This document shows, one piece after another, positions 41,550-53,126 of a stretch of 64,000 bases of DNA. The notes below the pieces were generated by a model. That model was not told the DNA's origin. It saw only the letters and a program-made list of their open reading frames with translations, and ran no database searches. Within the stretch, counting starts at the first letter, position 1, and every line of letters starts with the position of its first letter. Where the stretch lies: positions 29,946,001 through 30,010,000 of the forward strand of contig OX597833.1 in the NCBI GenBank assembly GCA_951406725.2, in the 5' to 3' direction. Position numbers and translations under genes: made by a program. The DNA is from Octopus vulgaris (Eukaryota).

Positions 41550-42392
41550 TTTTCGTTGTGCTTATTGTCTTGTATCTCTTTTTTTCTTTTTTGCTTGTCC
41601 TGTTCCTTGGTTTGTGTCTATGTTTTTCGTCTCTCTATGTGTTCGACGTCTTTTTGGTGTCCTGTACACATATATGCGTGTATATGTACATGTAGAGGTA
41701 GGTACGTACATATATGTTTATATATATGCATATGTTCTATTTTATTAACATATATATATATATATATATAAATATATATAAACTGGCAATATGACCATTC
41801 CGAAATATAGCTCTGTCTGGCCCCATGTCGGTGGCACATAAAAGCACCATCCGTTCGTGTCCGTTGCCAGCATCGCCTGGCCCCGTGCCGGTGACACGTA
41901 AAAGCACCATCCGTTCGTGGCTGTTCGCCAGCTCTGTCTGGCACCTGTGCAGGTGGCACGTAAAAAACACCCACTACACTCGCGGAGTGGTTGGCGTTAG
42001 GAAGGGCATCCAGCCGTAGAAACACTGCCAGATCTGACTGGGCCTGACGAAGCCTTCCAGCTTCACAGACCCCAGTTGACCCGTCCAACCCATGCTAGCA
42101 TGGAAAGCGGACGCTAAACGATGATGATGATGATGATGATATATATATATATAAACAAAGTCAGAATGCGATAAAATAAAATTAATTATTATCGCTGGTG
42201 TTTCTAGCACAGGCCATATATTATTCATATATAAGTACATTAAAGGCGAAGTATGTACTAGATACACAGAAGCTTGATAAATTTAGTGAAATGAAAATAA
42301 AAACTTTTACTAACTCGGTTCTTCTTATATACATATATATATATATATATATATACATATATATATACATATATATATACATATATATATAC

Positions 42393-42426
<34 letters not shown>

Positions 42427-42639
42427 GTCTATCTCTCTCTCTCTTATATATATATATATATATATATACATATATATATACATATATATATACATATATA
42501 TATACATATATATATACATATATACATATATATATACATATATATATATATATAGATGTCTATCTCTCTCTATATATATATCTATCTATATATACATATA
42601 TATATATTTACATATATATATACATATATATATATCTTA

Positions 42640-42677
<38 letters not shown>

Positions 42678-42682
42678 TAGTT

Positions 42683-43010
42683 AGGAAAATTTTTTTTAAA
42701 AATGCAGAATGCTCAAATGAAAGAAAATTTTAATAAAATGAGAAAATGATAAAATATATAAATATATATTTATTCAACCGGTTTTCGTCATTGTATGACT
42801 TGTCAAGAATATTTATGTTTTAAGAAGTTTTTTTAAAAATTAGAAAGGGGAAAAAAAGAGAAAAACTTCTTAAAACATAAATATTCTTGACAAGTCATAC
42901 AATGACGAAAACCGGTTGAATAAATATATATTTATATATTTTATCATTTTCTCATTTTATTAAAATTTTCTTTCATTTGAGCATTCTGCATTTTAAAAAA
43001 AATTTTTCCT
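42683..43010. repeat. ~150-bp near-perfect inverted repeat (28-nt spacer), each arm with a variant hammerhead
   Basis: Arms 42683-42832 and 42861-43010 differ only in homopolymer lengths at the outer end. Confidence 0.92.
42882..42922 (+). ncRNA. Type I hammerhead variant with U3-A8 covariation (mirror copy at 42771-42811, minus strand)
   Basis: TATTC-TTGACAA-GTCAT-aca-ATGAC-GAAAA-CCGG-TT-GAATA. Confidence 0.7.
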
Positions 43011-43253
43011 TACTTATCATTTCTCCACGTGCGGTCAACACAACCCCACCATTTATTGATCTATACATATATATATATACATTGTATACTTGACTTTATA
43101 TGTTTGATATATGTATACTAATTTATATTTATAACTTATAATTAATATTTCTTTTTTATTCTTAATTTCATAAAGTTTAATTTAAAAAATTTTTAATAAT
43201 TAATTTAACACTTAATTTTAAGGTGATGTAAAATTAGTTAACAATATTTTGAA

Positions 43254-43365
43254 AAAGAACCTGAAGATGTGTTGGTAGAATTGTAAATCTGATGATTACA
43301 TACACATGCACACACACACACAAACACACTATAATCTTCCAATACTGAAACACGTATAGTTCTTT
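43254..43365 (+). ncRNA. Type I hammerhead motif with long stem II
   Basis: AAAGAAC-CTGAAGA-T-GTGTTGG...CCAATAC-T-GAAA-CACGTA-TA-GTTCTTT, with a perfect 7-bp stem I. Confidence 0.72.
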
Positions 43366-43657
43366 CATTACTGATAATTTCAATTTTAGCATAAGTAGGA
43401 GGTAATTAAAGAAGTATATTTTGTACCGTGATGCGCAAATAGATACCACGAGTTTACCTTCAGATATACTCATTAGGTTATTCTTTTTGTATTATCTGAA
43501 TCCCCAAAACTGAATTATTATTGATTTGTATTATATATTTTGTATATTTCTAGATAAATATATAAATATACGATAAAAAAGACCCCACTATATGATATGC
43601 AGATGCCTGTAATGCTAAAGGGTTGTACCTGATTGATTTGAGAATTCGATGTATATA

Positions 43658-43735
<78 letters not shown>

Positions 43736-43758
43736 ATATGGTATATATATGTATATAT

Positions 43759-43942
43759 GTGAGGGGGGCGTAAAGTTGCATGACTCTATACATGTATCGT
43801 TTTTCTTATTTCGCTTTTTTCCCCACCCCTCCTTTTTTCTTTCCTTCCCCCTTTTTCTTTTTTCTCTCTCTTCCTTTCTTTCATTTTTTTCTCTAACTAT
43901 ACGACACATGTATAGAGTCATGCAACTTTACGCCCCCCTCAC
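43759..43942. repeat. 42-bp inverted repeat with 100-nt pyrimidine-rich spacer
   Basis: 43759-43800 versus 43901-43942, one mismatch. Confidence 0.9.
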
Positions 43943-44286
43943 TCATGTCTTAAGCTTTGCTTCGTAAATATGAACGATACTTAACCATCCATGATTTTAG
44001 CTTGCGTGCGAACTAGATTGCATATACATATGTATACATGCATTTGTGTGTATATTTTAGCTTTATATTTATACGTCTGTATATGTATGGGGTTCGCACG
44101 CATCTATTCTGTCTATGTTGATATATATGTATACTTTAATATGAATATGTATTGCTGCATTATATGTTTAATGCATATTTTTAATGCATTTCAATTTTTC
44201 CATGTATTAATTATATTTCCTTCATTAAGGTCAATATGTATTTTATTCAATGTAAGGTTTTTCCTCGAATTTTATAATTTTTTATA

Positions 44287-44331
<45 letters not shown>

Positions 44332-44454
44332 TTGAGCTCATCTTTGTTTATCGGTCGAAAATTGACCGTTGTAAGGGCCAATCAAACAAGTCCATTTTTT
44401 AAAGGTTTAGCGTTTGTAATAGTCTGGATAGAATTGACATATCGGTTCCATTCT

Positions 44455-44508
44455 AGCAAAAACTGTCCGATGAATGGCAATGGGAAACTCAGAGTAACAG
44501 GTTTTGTT
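44455..44508 (+). ncRNA. Hammerhead-like motif lacking a paired stem II
   Basis: AGCAAAAACTGT-CCGATGA-atggcaatgg-GAAA-CTCAGAG-TA-ACAGGTTTTGTT. Stem I pairs at 11 of 12 positions. Confidence 0.6.
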
Positions 44509-44536
44509 GAATTTTCTGCTGCTTTAAATAAAGTAT

Positions 44537-44895
44537 ATATGGAAGCACTCCGTCGATTACGACGATGAGGGTTCCGGTTGATCCGAATCAACGGAACAGC
44601 CTGCTCGTGAAATTAACGTGTAAGTGGCTGAGCACTCCACAGACACGTGTACCCTTAACGTAGTTCTCGGGGATATTCAGCGTGACACAGAGAGTGACAA
44701 GGCCAGCCCTTTGAAATACAGGTACAACAGAAACAGGAAGTAAGAGTGAGAGAAAGTTGTGGTGAAAGAGTACAGCAGGGATCACCACCATCCCCTGCTG
44801 GAGCCTCGTGGAGCTTTTTAGGTGTTTTTGCTCAATAAACACAACGCCCGGTCTGGGAATCGAAACCGCGATCCTATGGGCCATTTCGCCTCCAC
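44537..44895 (-). mobile_element. tRNA-derived SINE (another family) with a deletion in the tRNA head
   Basis: Minus-strand head ggaggcgaaatggccca|taggatcgcggtttcgattccc (B box). Body fragments (gtgacaaggc, gtggagtgctcagccac) recur degenerately at about 1050-1140, 29180-29280 and 52720-52850. Confidence 0.75.
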
Positions 44896-44931
<36 letters not shown>

Positions 44932-45200
44932 TTTATTTCTGGGTGAGTTAAAGGTTGCAAAACCAACTAAGGGATAGTACCTATCCAATATACTGCTGGT
45001 AGTGTGCCCAATTATTCATAGTCAAATGCTAGTTATTGCATGGCAATCTTGCAGTTGAGTATTATATATGGGTGGGAGTAAAAAAAGTTATTTATCCATG
45101 GTTTATACAGTCAATAAGAAAACGGGAGAAGATATAAAATTGACAGACATATATATATATATATATATATATATACTTGGAAATGGATGTGTAGCATATA

Positions 45201-45250
<50 letters not shown>

Positions 45251-45259
45251 GCATGTGTA

Positions 45260-45704
45260 GGTACAGGATGTCACCAACAGTAAACAACATGAAATACGAA
45301 AACAAATGAGTTGAATACGCAAAAAAACGGGAAACAAACAGAAAACACGACTAGTAACATAAAGAACGACTTTTCACCAGTTATCGACTGTCTATCTACT
45401 CCTCATTTCAGGCTTTGAATGAAAATATGAGTCTTCGAAGATAGTTGCTCCCATAAGTACCAAAATAAAATATGGGATTTATAAAGGTCAAAGTTAGTAA
45501 CAAAAACAGGACTGTTGAGACATGCAAGGAAACTGAACGAAAACAAACATGGGGGTTCATTTAGAGAAATATTTTCTTTGACAAGGGAAGACATAGAAGA
45601 GAGTAGTAGGATATGTTCAGTCCTTAGGACAGTCCTGAAAGAAAGAAAGATGACCGCATGACGAAAATAAAGATAGGCGATAGTCACGTGTGACATCCTG
45701 TACC
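45260..45704 (-). mobile_element. Family Y module (distant relative of family X) with a degenerate permuted hammerhead and 15-bp inverted ends
   Basis: ggtacaggatgtcac 45260-45274 / gtgacatcctgtacc 45690-45704. Motif at 45370-45431 on the minus strand: CTCA-TA-TTTTC...GAAA-TGAG-[16 nt]-GATAA-CTGGTGA. Confidence 0.6.
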
Positions 45705-45798
45705 CATATATGCACGTGTATGTGTGTGTGTGTGTGTAAATATATATATATACTTACATATAAGACCAAAAGGGTACAGGCGCCACTATATATATATG

Positions 45799-45932
45799 TC
45801 AAGATTAATCAGCCGAAATTGCTAGGATGATCCGGTTCTTGACTGACGAATGAAGGCTTCGAATGTCCCGTCCGTGTTTTTTGTATCGTCTTCTAAATGT
45901 TTTGTGTTCTTGTCCCAGTTTGTATTTTTTTA
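45799..45932 (+). mobile_element. Family Z fragment starting at the predicted ribozyme cleavage site
   Basis: Homology to 37429-37562 begins at TCAAGA directly after (TA)n-TG. Confidence 0.78.
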
Positions 45933-46078
45933 CATATACATTACACACACACACACACACACACAACACATACACACACACACACACAAATATATGTATA
46001 TTAATATAAATACATGAAAGTACATAAAGTTTGTAAAAAAAAAAAGGGGATCATGTATATACCTCCTGGCTGTTGAGA

Positions 46079-47490
46079 TCATAACACCTCGTTGTAAACA
46101 ATGTTCCTTGTTTTTCCTTGTGGAGCATATACAAAAAGGTTTCTTTTGGTTCCTACTCTTGAGCAGCCAACATACAGTTGCCTATGCCAGAAGCAGGGCT
46201 CTTCCAAGAAAAGACCAGCTACAGAGAGGGTTTGACCCTGAGATTTGTTAATGGACATGGCAAAGCTGACACGAAGGGGGAATTGCAGTCTTCTGAATGT
46301 AAATGGAATTTCTGCTCCTGATGGAGTAAGAGGAAATCTTGGAATAAAGACGTCATCACCTTTTCCACATCCAGAAAGAATGATTGCCTCGATAATGTGT
46401 GACATCATTTTCTTTATCACCAGTCATGTTCCATTGCAAAGTCTTGGTGATTCCAGATTGCGGAGTAGCATTACAGGAGTTCCAACTTTAAGTGGTAATA
46501 TGTGTGGAGGTAGTCGAAAAGGGCTCCAGTGAATTGAGAAATTCAGGAGGATAGTTCACAACTTCATTTATATCTGGAATTGTATCAACAGACTTGTAAG
46601 TGTGTATAGTGCTGGGAAGAGAATGCATTAGCTGTTGATTACTTTTTTTAACAGCGACGTTTTTGGGAGTTAATATTGTTCTTTCACACAGCCAATTGTG
46701 ATTTTGGTAGTTTTGTGTGAAGTTGGGAAAGACTTTGTTTTTGAAGTCATCTACAGAATTAACAACAGAGGAAAATTACCACACTTCCATTTGTCCTGCA
46801 GCATCGAGAGGCATTTTGCCTTCACCAAGTGTCAAAATGTCCTGTGCAAACTTTGTGGACATTTTGTCGCCGTATAGCTAAGCTCTCGTGTTAATGGTGA
46901 GACTAAAGATTGTAACATGATGCCACAGGGTAGAAGATTTTAGGCATGCTTGAATTTCATCAGCTCTAGTGCCTTTCGGAATGACAAGAAGAGTTTGCCT
47001 GAAATCACCTGACAACAGAAGTGTTACACCTCCCATTGGAGCCTGACAGTCTCGGATGTCTTTCAGGGCTCTATCTAATGCTTCCAAAGCTCCCTTGTGA
47101 GCCATAGTGTACTCATCCCAGACAATTACATAACACATTTTAAGTACTTGTCCTTGATCTGAGCTTTGTTGATGTTGCATGAAGGCATTTTGGATGCTGC
47201 TAAATTGAGAGGGAGTTTAAAAGTTGAGTGTGCTGTCCTGCTACCGGGTAACAAAGTAGCTGCAATGCCAGAGGAGGCTACAACTACTGCAATGTCCTGA
47301 TGCTACCTAACTTCTGCAAGGAGAAGCTTTGTAATAAATGTTTTTCCTGTCCCTCCAGGAGCATCAAGGAAGAAGATTCGTCCCTCGCGTTAGCGTACAC
47401 TGTTAAGAATAGTTCTGTAGGCCTGCAGCTGGTCCAGAAGTAATTTAGGCTCATTTTCAACAATGTACTTTGAAAGCGCTTGAGTGTCGT
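46079..47490 (-). mobile_element. Helitron Pif1-family helicase domain (pseudogenised RepHel fragment)
   Basis: FLDAPGGTGKT, ASSGIAATLL..TAHSTFKLP, IVWDEYTM, LLSGDFRQTL, RRLQFPLRVSFAMSINKSQGQTL, QLYVGCSRV, TRNIVYNEVL*. Stops and frameshifts are present. Confidence 0.93.
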
Positions 47491-47816
47491 AGGTTGTATA
47501 TATGTAGAAAATCCACTGAGAAGGCTTTTGTTGGTCTGAAGCTACAGCAGAAGACACATGCCAAGTCACCACACAGTGGGACTGAACCCAGGACCATGTG
47601 TTTGGAACGTAGTTTGTTACCACGCAGCCACACCTGCCCCTATGTGTGTGTGCGTATGTGTGTATGGGTAGATATATTATGCATGTATATCTGTATATAT
47701 ATATGTGTACATATTACATGTACATCTATATATATATACATCTACACATAAAATACAAAATACAAAGTTATATCTCGATATCGCTAGTGATAAGAATACT
47801 CAAAATATATAACAGA

Positions 47817-48673
47817 CTGGAATTGTAGGCCCGTCTCTTGCAATTTCGATCAATTGGATCTTGTCCTCCCTCTTGTATAGAAGTGTATGGCTGCAGTGAA
47901 ATTAATTTTTGGACTTTCTTCTATCGAAGGCATTTTAACAAAAATGCTTCCGTAAAGAAGGTGAAAATATTGTCAATTTCCCCTAACAGGGACACAATTC
48001 AACTTTTAAACAATAACCAAAGCCCCTTCTCCGAAAGGGGGAGGGTTACGGTTTATAATTATTTAACAAATGCAACACAACAACGTTTCCCTGACCAACA
48101 AACGTGATTACAATAGTCAAACAGTAATAAAAATAACAACAAACCTTTTTAATTTATCCCCATTTATGTGAAACCACTTATTCAAGTTCAAGTCATTGAT
48201 GCAATTTTATACGAATTGCTAATACACAAACACACACACACACACACACATAATAAGGGTGAAAAATTGAATATTAATTTGATTAATATGAATTGAAAAC
48301 CAGTGGTGTAGCATATAAGACCATAGCGGATCTTCCTCTAGCAAAAATGATGACCAGTATTAATGGCTCATCCCTGTTATATAATACTTTCACTTTAATA
48401 GTTTCACACTTGCAAAGAGAAAGTAGGAGAAAGTGGTGGTAATAGCAGAAGTAAACCACTTGAAATGAGAGAGGCAAATCGTAAAATATTGAGTTTTCTC
48501 GAACTTTTGCTTAATTGGGGGTCAAATTGAAAAACCTTTACATGCCATGACCCAATCGAATCTACTTGGAAAAATCATAGGTAAATTCTAATTGAAGAAA
48601 TTCTATATTGTAGAATTGTATTAAAAAGAAACATGGGAACAGGCAGAGAAAATCTGCCTTTTATCATAAGAGA
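47817..48673 (-). mobile_element. Probable non-autonomous Helitron
   Basis: Minus-strand 5' end a|TCtcttatgataaaaggcag. The 3' end gacgggcctacaattCCAG|t resembles a decayed hairpin plus CTAG. Confidence 0.45.
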
Positions 48674-49046
48674 TACATACAAAGTAAGATAGGGGTTATG
48701 GGTGTAACCCACTATGGGATAGTATTTATCCAATATACTGTTGGTAAAGTACCCAGATTCTTAATACATAAATGTTTTTAATACCAATGCAATTAACTCA
48801 TTTATTGTATTAAACATGTGAAGGTAAAGAAATATTTTTACCATAAATTTATAATATAAATAAGAAAATGGAGACACAAATTTAGTTTGTTCATCAACTT
48901 TCGGATATTAGAATGTTGGATTATTTATTCATTTAACAAAATGAAAATCTCAATAGCATACATTTATATATCTTATAATTCAATACATATAAGATAAGAA
49001 TACAAATTATAAAAGACATAATATAAATTATTGAAATCATTAAAAT

Positions 49047-49123
49047 CACTGCTTACAGCTGTTTCAACCTATGGCTAAAAGTAGTTAATTTTATTTTTAT
49101 TGCCTATAGTTGTCAACATAATG
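49047..49123 (-). ncRNA. Degenerate type I hammerhead motif (U3-A8 core, CAGCTG palindromic loop)
   Basis: Minus strand: cattatg-TTGACAA-ctataggc...gccataggtt-GAAA-CAGCTG-TA-agcagtg. Confidence 0.5.
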
Positions 49124-49432
49124 AGGTTGTAGGCTTTTAAAAATAGGTTATAAGGAACTATAAAAATATTAATATTAATACATTAAACATGATGCATATA
49201 TTATCTAATATATATAAAAAATATGAACAAATATCCGTATAGACTTATACATATATACACATATACATACATAAGCAAAGTGTATATATTATTTACATGT
49301 GTAAAATACATAAATAAACACAATTAAACAATAGGTCCAAGTAGATATAACGTACGTCATATACATATATATACATACATTGGAACATATAAACACATCT
49401 ATGATTATGACCAGGTAAATAATCAATTATTA

Positions 49433-49469
<37 letters not shown>

Positions 49470-49682
49470 GTTTATCAATAATAACAATATTATAACACGT
49501 CTATGCTTATGACCAGATAAATACCAATCAATTATTAATAAAAATACTGTTATTATTATCAATATTATTATTATTATTATTATTATTATTATGTTTATCA
49601 ATATTATATTTATAGTAATCTTCAATAGATCATACATATTATAATAGATTCTAACATATCAAACACTCAACAATCGATACAA

Positions 49683-49741
<59 letters not shown>

Positions 49742-50074
49742 TATATGTATACAAATATACATGCATATAAACATATAAAACATACAGTTAGACTATGGTT
49801 TTCAGTATATACATCCTCTTAATACAAACAGGTTTAATTGTAATGTCCAAATGAGTATTTTTTCTTTTCATCAAAGTTGAAGTTAATCCATCTAAATAAT
49901 ATATTATCGTAAAATAATTCAACAAATTTTTTTTTTTTATATAAAGCTTTTGATTATGTATGATAGATAAGCCACAATATCTATGCTTTATGTTATATTA
50001 ATATTTTAGAATTTCAAAATTATTGGGAGTTAGGGAGCGCTTGGTGGCTCTCAAGGTGCCAAGCACCCTTCCTC

Positions 50075-51849
50075 GGTCTATACCTAATCCAGGATTGCAG
50101 CTCAGTCAAAGAGACAGCTGCCAAGTATTGATTGTTGACCCTATCAAAAGCTTTAGATTGGCCTAAATTAATCAGAGCCCCACCCATGCCATTTTTGTTA
50201 CCCCCACTCTCCAAGATGTAGCACAGAAGATGGAGGTTATCGTGAATACTCCTGGTTGGGATGACGCAAGTTTGCACCATGCCAACCTCTTGGGTAACAC
50301 CTTGGCCAAAATCTTCAATTCTTCATTGAGCAGAGTGATGGGCCTGAAATTCTCTATAATGTCCCCCTTGTTTGGGTCCTTTCTCACCAGTGCCACTACC
50401 CCTCAACAGACAAAAGTGGGAATTCTCCCATTTTGCTGCCAGTTGCAGTAGACATCTGTTAAGAGGCCCGCAAACAAGTCTGGCATTGCAGTATAAAGCT
50501 TGTAGGGCAGACCATCCAAACCCGGCAATCTACCTCTCATGCAACTCTTCATCACTTCCTGTGTTTCCGCAGCTGTTATCAGCCTTTCGCAGCAGCACTC
50601 CACCTCCCTCCCCAAGAGTCATGGCAGGCTGTCCAGGTGGACACCAAAGTCTACCGTTATCCATCCTACCATTCATCCTGAACAGTCAAGCAAAGTGCCA
50701 ATGAAAAGCAGCAAACATCTGTTTCGGCTTGAGCACCATGTATCTACTCTGGTCCACCAAAGACTGAATGGTGGCTTGATTACCACTTTTTGTCTCCGCT
50801 ATGTGGGACCATCGTAATGCTTTCATTCCCTCCCCACTTTGTGAGCGTGCCTTAGTTCTGACAATACAGCCTTTGTGTTTGGCGTCGAAAAATTGGTTGA
50901 GGGCCAACCTTGGTGCCAACACATCAGTTGCAATGCCTGTCCTAAGTGCCTCATCTAACTTTCTAGCTAAATCCCCCTCTATTCTATTTCTTTCTACTGC
51001 TAATGCCTTGCTAAACCTAATCAATTCTACTCTACTTGCCCTTTTATGAGCAAACCACCAATTGTTGTTGACGATTACACCCGTCATCGCCCGCTCAACT
51101 AAATCACTAATCTGGTCTCTGTAAGCTTGACATGCCGATAATGATGTGTTCAGCTTCCAATAACTGGGTAGAAGCCTGCCTAAGTCGACCGTACAGATCA
51201 CAAATTTGTGGTCTGTGTAGCCGACCATGTGAAATTGTGGGCACCCTATGCTATCCTTGTCCGCTGGCCTACAAAATACCTAGATACAGTCTTGATGACC
51301 CAATGCAGTTTATCCAAGTCCACATTGGTACATTCAAGTAATCTAGTGGGTACCTATCACACAATTGAAAACCTGTGAGCAGGTTTTGGAGGCTTTTGTA
51401 CCCCACTCTCCTATCAGATACTCCCACGCAATTGAAACATCCATCTAAGACAGCGTTCCCCTACTAATACTAAGACGTTCCCAGGAAAACCTCCAGACAT
51501 TTGAAGTAATCAGACCGCCCTGCCCCTGTTGGAGCATAGGTAGCCACCAGTCTGAAAGCACTGCTGTTCACATCTAGGACCACTAACTTACCTTCTGGAT
51601 CCAAGAAGACTGCCTTTATTTTCAAATTTGGACTCTTCCGGAAAAACAACCACCTCTCAGCTGACACGGAGATATGTAGATCTCGTCTCCACAGAAAAAG
51701 GTGATGAGGTCCCGTGGGCCGGATAGTCTAGATTCACTAGTGGCTGCAACATCTACACTAAGGGACATCAGGTCATTTAAAAGGTGACCTTGTTTCCAAA
51801 GCAACCCAAGGCCCCTGACATTTACACAACCTATTCTGAGAATGACCAT
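50075..51849 (-). mobile_element. L1/Tx1-clade LINE ORF2 (APE endonuclease plus start of RT), decayed
   Basis: IGCVNVRGL, DPEGKLVVLDV..RLVATYAP, TDHKFV, YWKLNTSL, PGLDGLPY, FRPITLLNEELKILAKVL, RSIHDNL, QSKAFDRV. Multiple frameshifts. Upstream 51850-52200 may be an ORF1 remnant. Confidence 0.9.
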
Positions 51850-52521
51850 TGTAAAATAAATTTAGAGAAGAGCTCTACTTACCATTGTTGTATGGCAGCG
51901 TTGTGCCCTGGTCTTTGTTGTGGGCGTTTCCGTGAGGTTTTTATAGTCTGTTGGAAAGTTTATTTTCAAAGTTTATTTCCTGTAGCATTTTAAAAATCTG
52001 TATGTGTAGTGGTGTTGTGTGTGTGTGTTGGAAAGACTTGGTCTTCCATTGTGGTGTCTGTGTGTTATTAAGGTATTTCATGAGGTCTGTGTTGTCAGTG
52101 TCGATGGCTGTGAGGTTGGTAGTGTTTGTGCAGTCTGCTTGTGTCGGTGTTTGAATTTGTCATGGCTGGAATGTTTTTCACCATAATCTACTCAGTTGGG
52201 ACTGAGGATATGACAAAAAAAAAAATCCATATACAAATGAGGTTTCTTTGCTCATTTTACATCTCTCTAATACCATGGTGTTTTTAATGAAAACTTCATT
52301 ATCAGCTTAATAAATCAACAGTCTCATTCTCCTTCTCTTTCACTTGCCCTTTCTTTCTCTGTAGTTTTCTCCCATTCTTCCTTTTCTGATAATTAATTAA
52401 TGAATTAATTATTCCAAAATTTATTTATATATTTATTTCACCCTAGAGATTCCTAAGATCAATTAGTTTTGACTTAACCTATTCAAAACTAGTTTTCTTT
52501 TTTTTTTTCTTTTCTTTTTAG

Positions 52522-52649
52522 AAGTGAGATGTGATGGAAGTGTTGGTGATGATTTAATGATGCCTTATATTAATCAAGAGCCCAATGGTTGTTTATTAAT
52601 GCAATTTACAATTCCTCTTGCTTCAGAGATAGAAAACATAAAATGTTAA
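52522..52649 (+). other. Weak candidate downstream exon
   Basis: A ~28-nt polypyrimidine tract and AG at 52520-52521. Phase-1 reading is open for 42 codons (EVRCDGSVGDDLMMPYINQEPNG...KC*). No strong donor found. Confidence 0.25.
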
Positions 52650-53126
52650 TCCTATTTCTTCATATACACATGCATGCACAAAAATGGATCTTTATTGGTT
52701 TTAACAATGAGTATCAATATACTGAACTACTTGCTCCTAGAATCAGTGTATGCAGTTGAGTATTTCTCAGACACATATACACTTAATATAATTTGTACAA
52801 TACAGGATAAGTCTGGCACAGTGTGCCAAGCTTGCACCTTTTAAACTACAAGTACAGTCCATTAAAACATCTTCCATACAGTTTCATCTACCCACTTTTG
52901 CTTACAAGGCTTGGGTTGACCTGAAGCCATTGTAAAAGACACTTGCTCAAGATGCCATACTCTGGTAGCACATCTGAGACTTCAACGTCTTAATCTATTT
53001 AATCATGTAAAATGCAAATATGCAACTTAACTTATCAACTACAGTGCTAGCCTGATTTACGGCTGAATTAAACACCATATCTTCATACCGGCACCATATA
53101 AAGAGCACTCATACTGGTGCCATGTA

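Larger units (their letters stand above)
40514..41753 (+). mobile_element. Family X element in partial-tandem (pseudo-LTR / retrozyme-like) form
   Basis: Near-identical ~358-bp direct repeats 40514-40871 and 41395-41753 flank a ~520-bp pyrimidine-rich non-coding body. Both outer ends abut (TA)n and each repeat has a permuted hammerhead. Confidence 0.85.

Noticed and set aside
46079-47490. Host PIF1 helicase gene
   Set aside because: Intronless, with stops and frameshifts and a Helitron-type C-terminus (TRNIVYNEVL), so it is a transposon relic.
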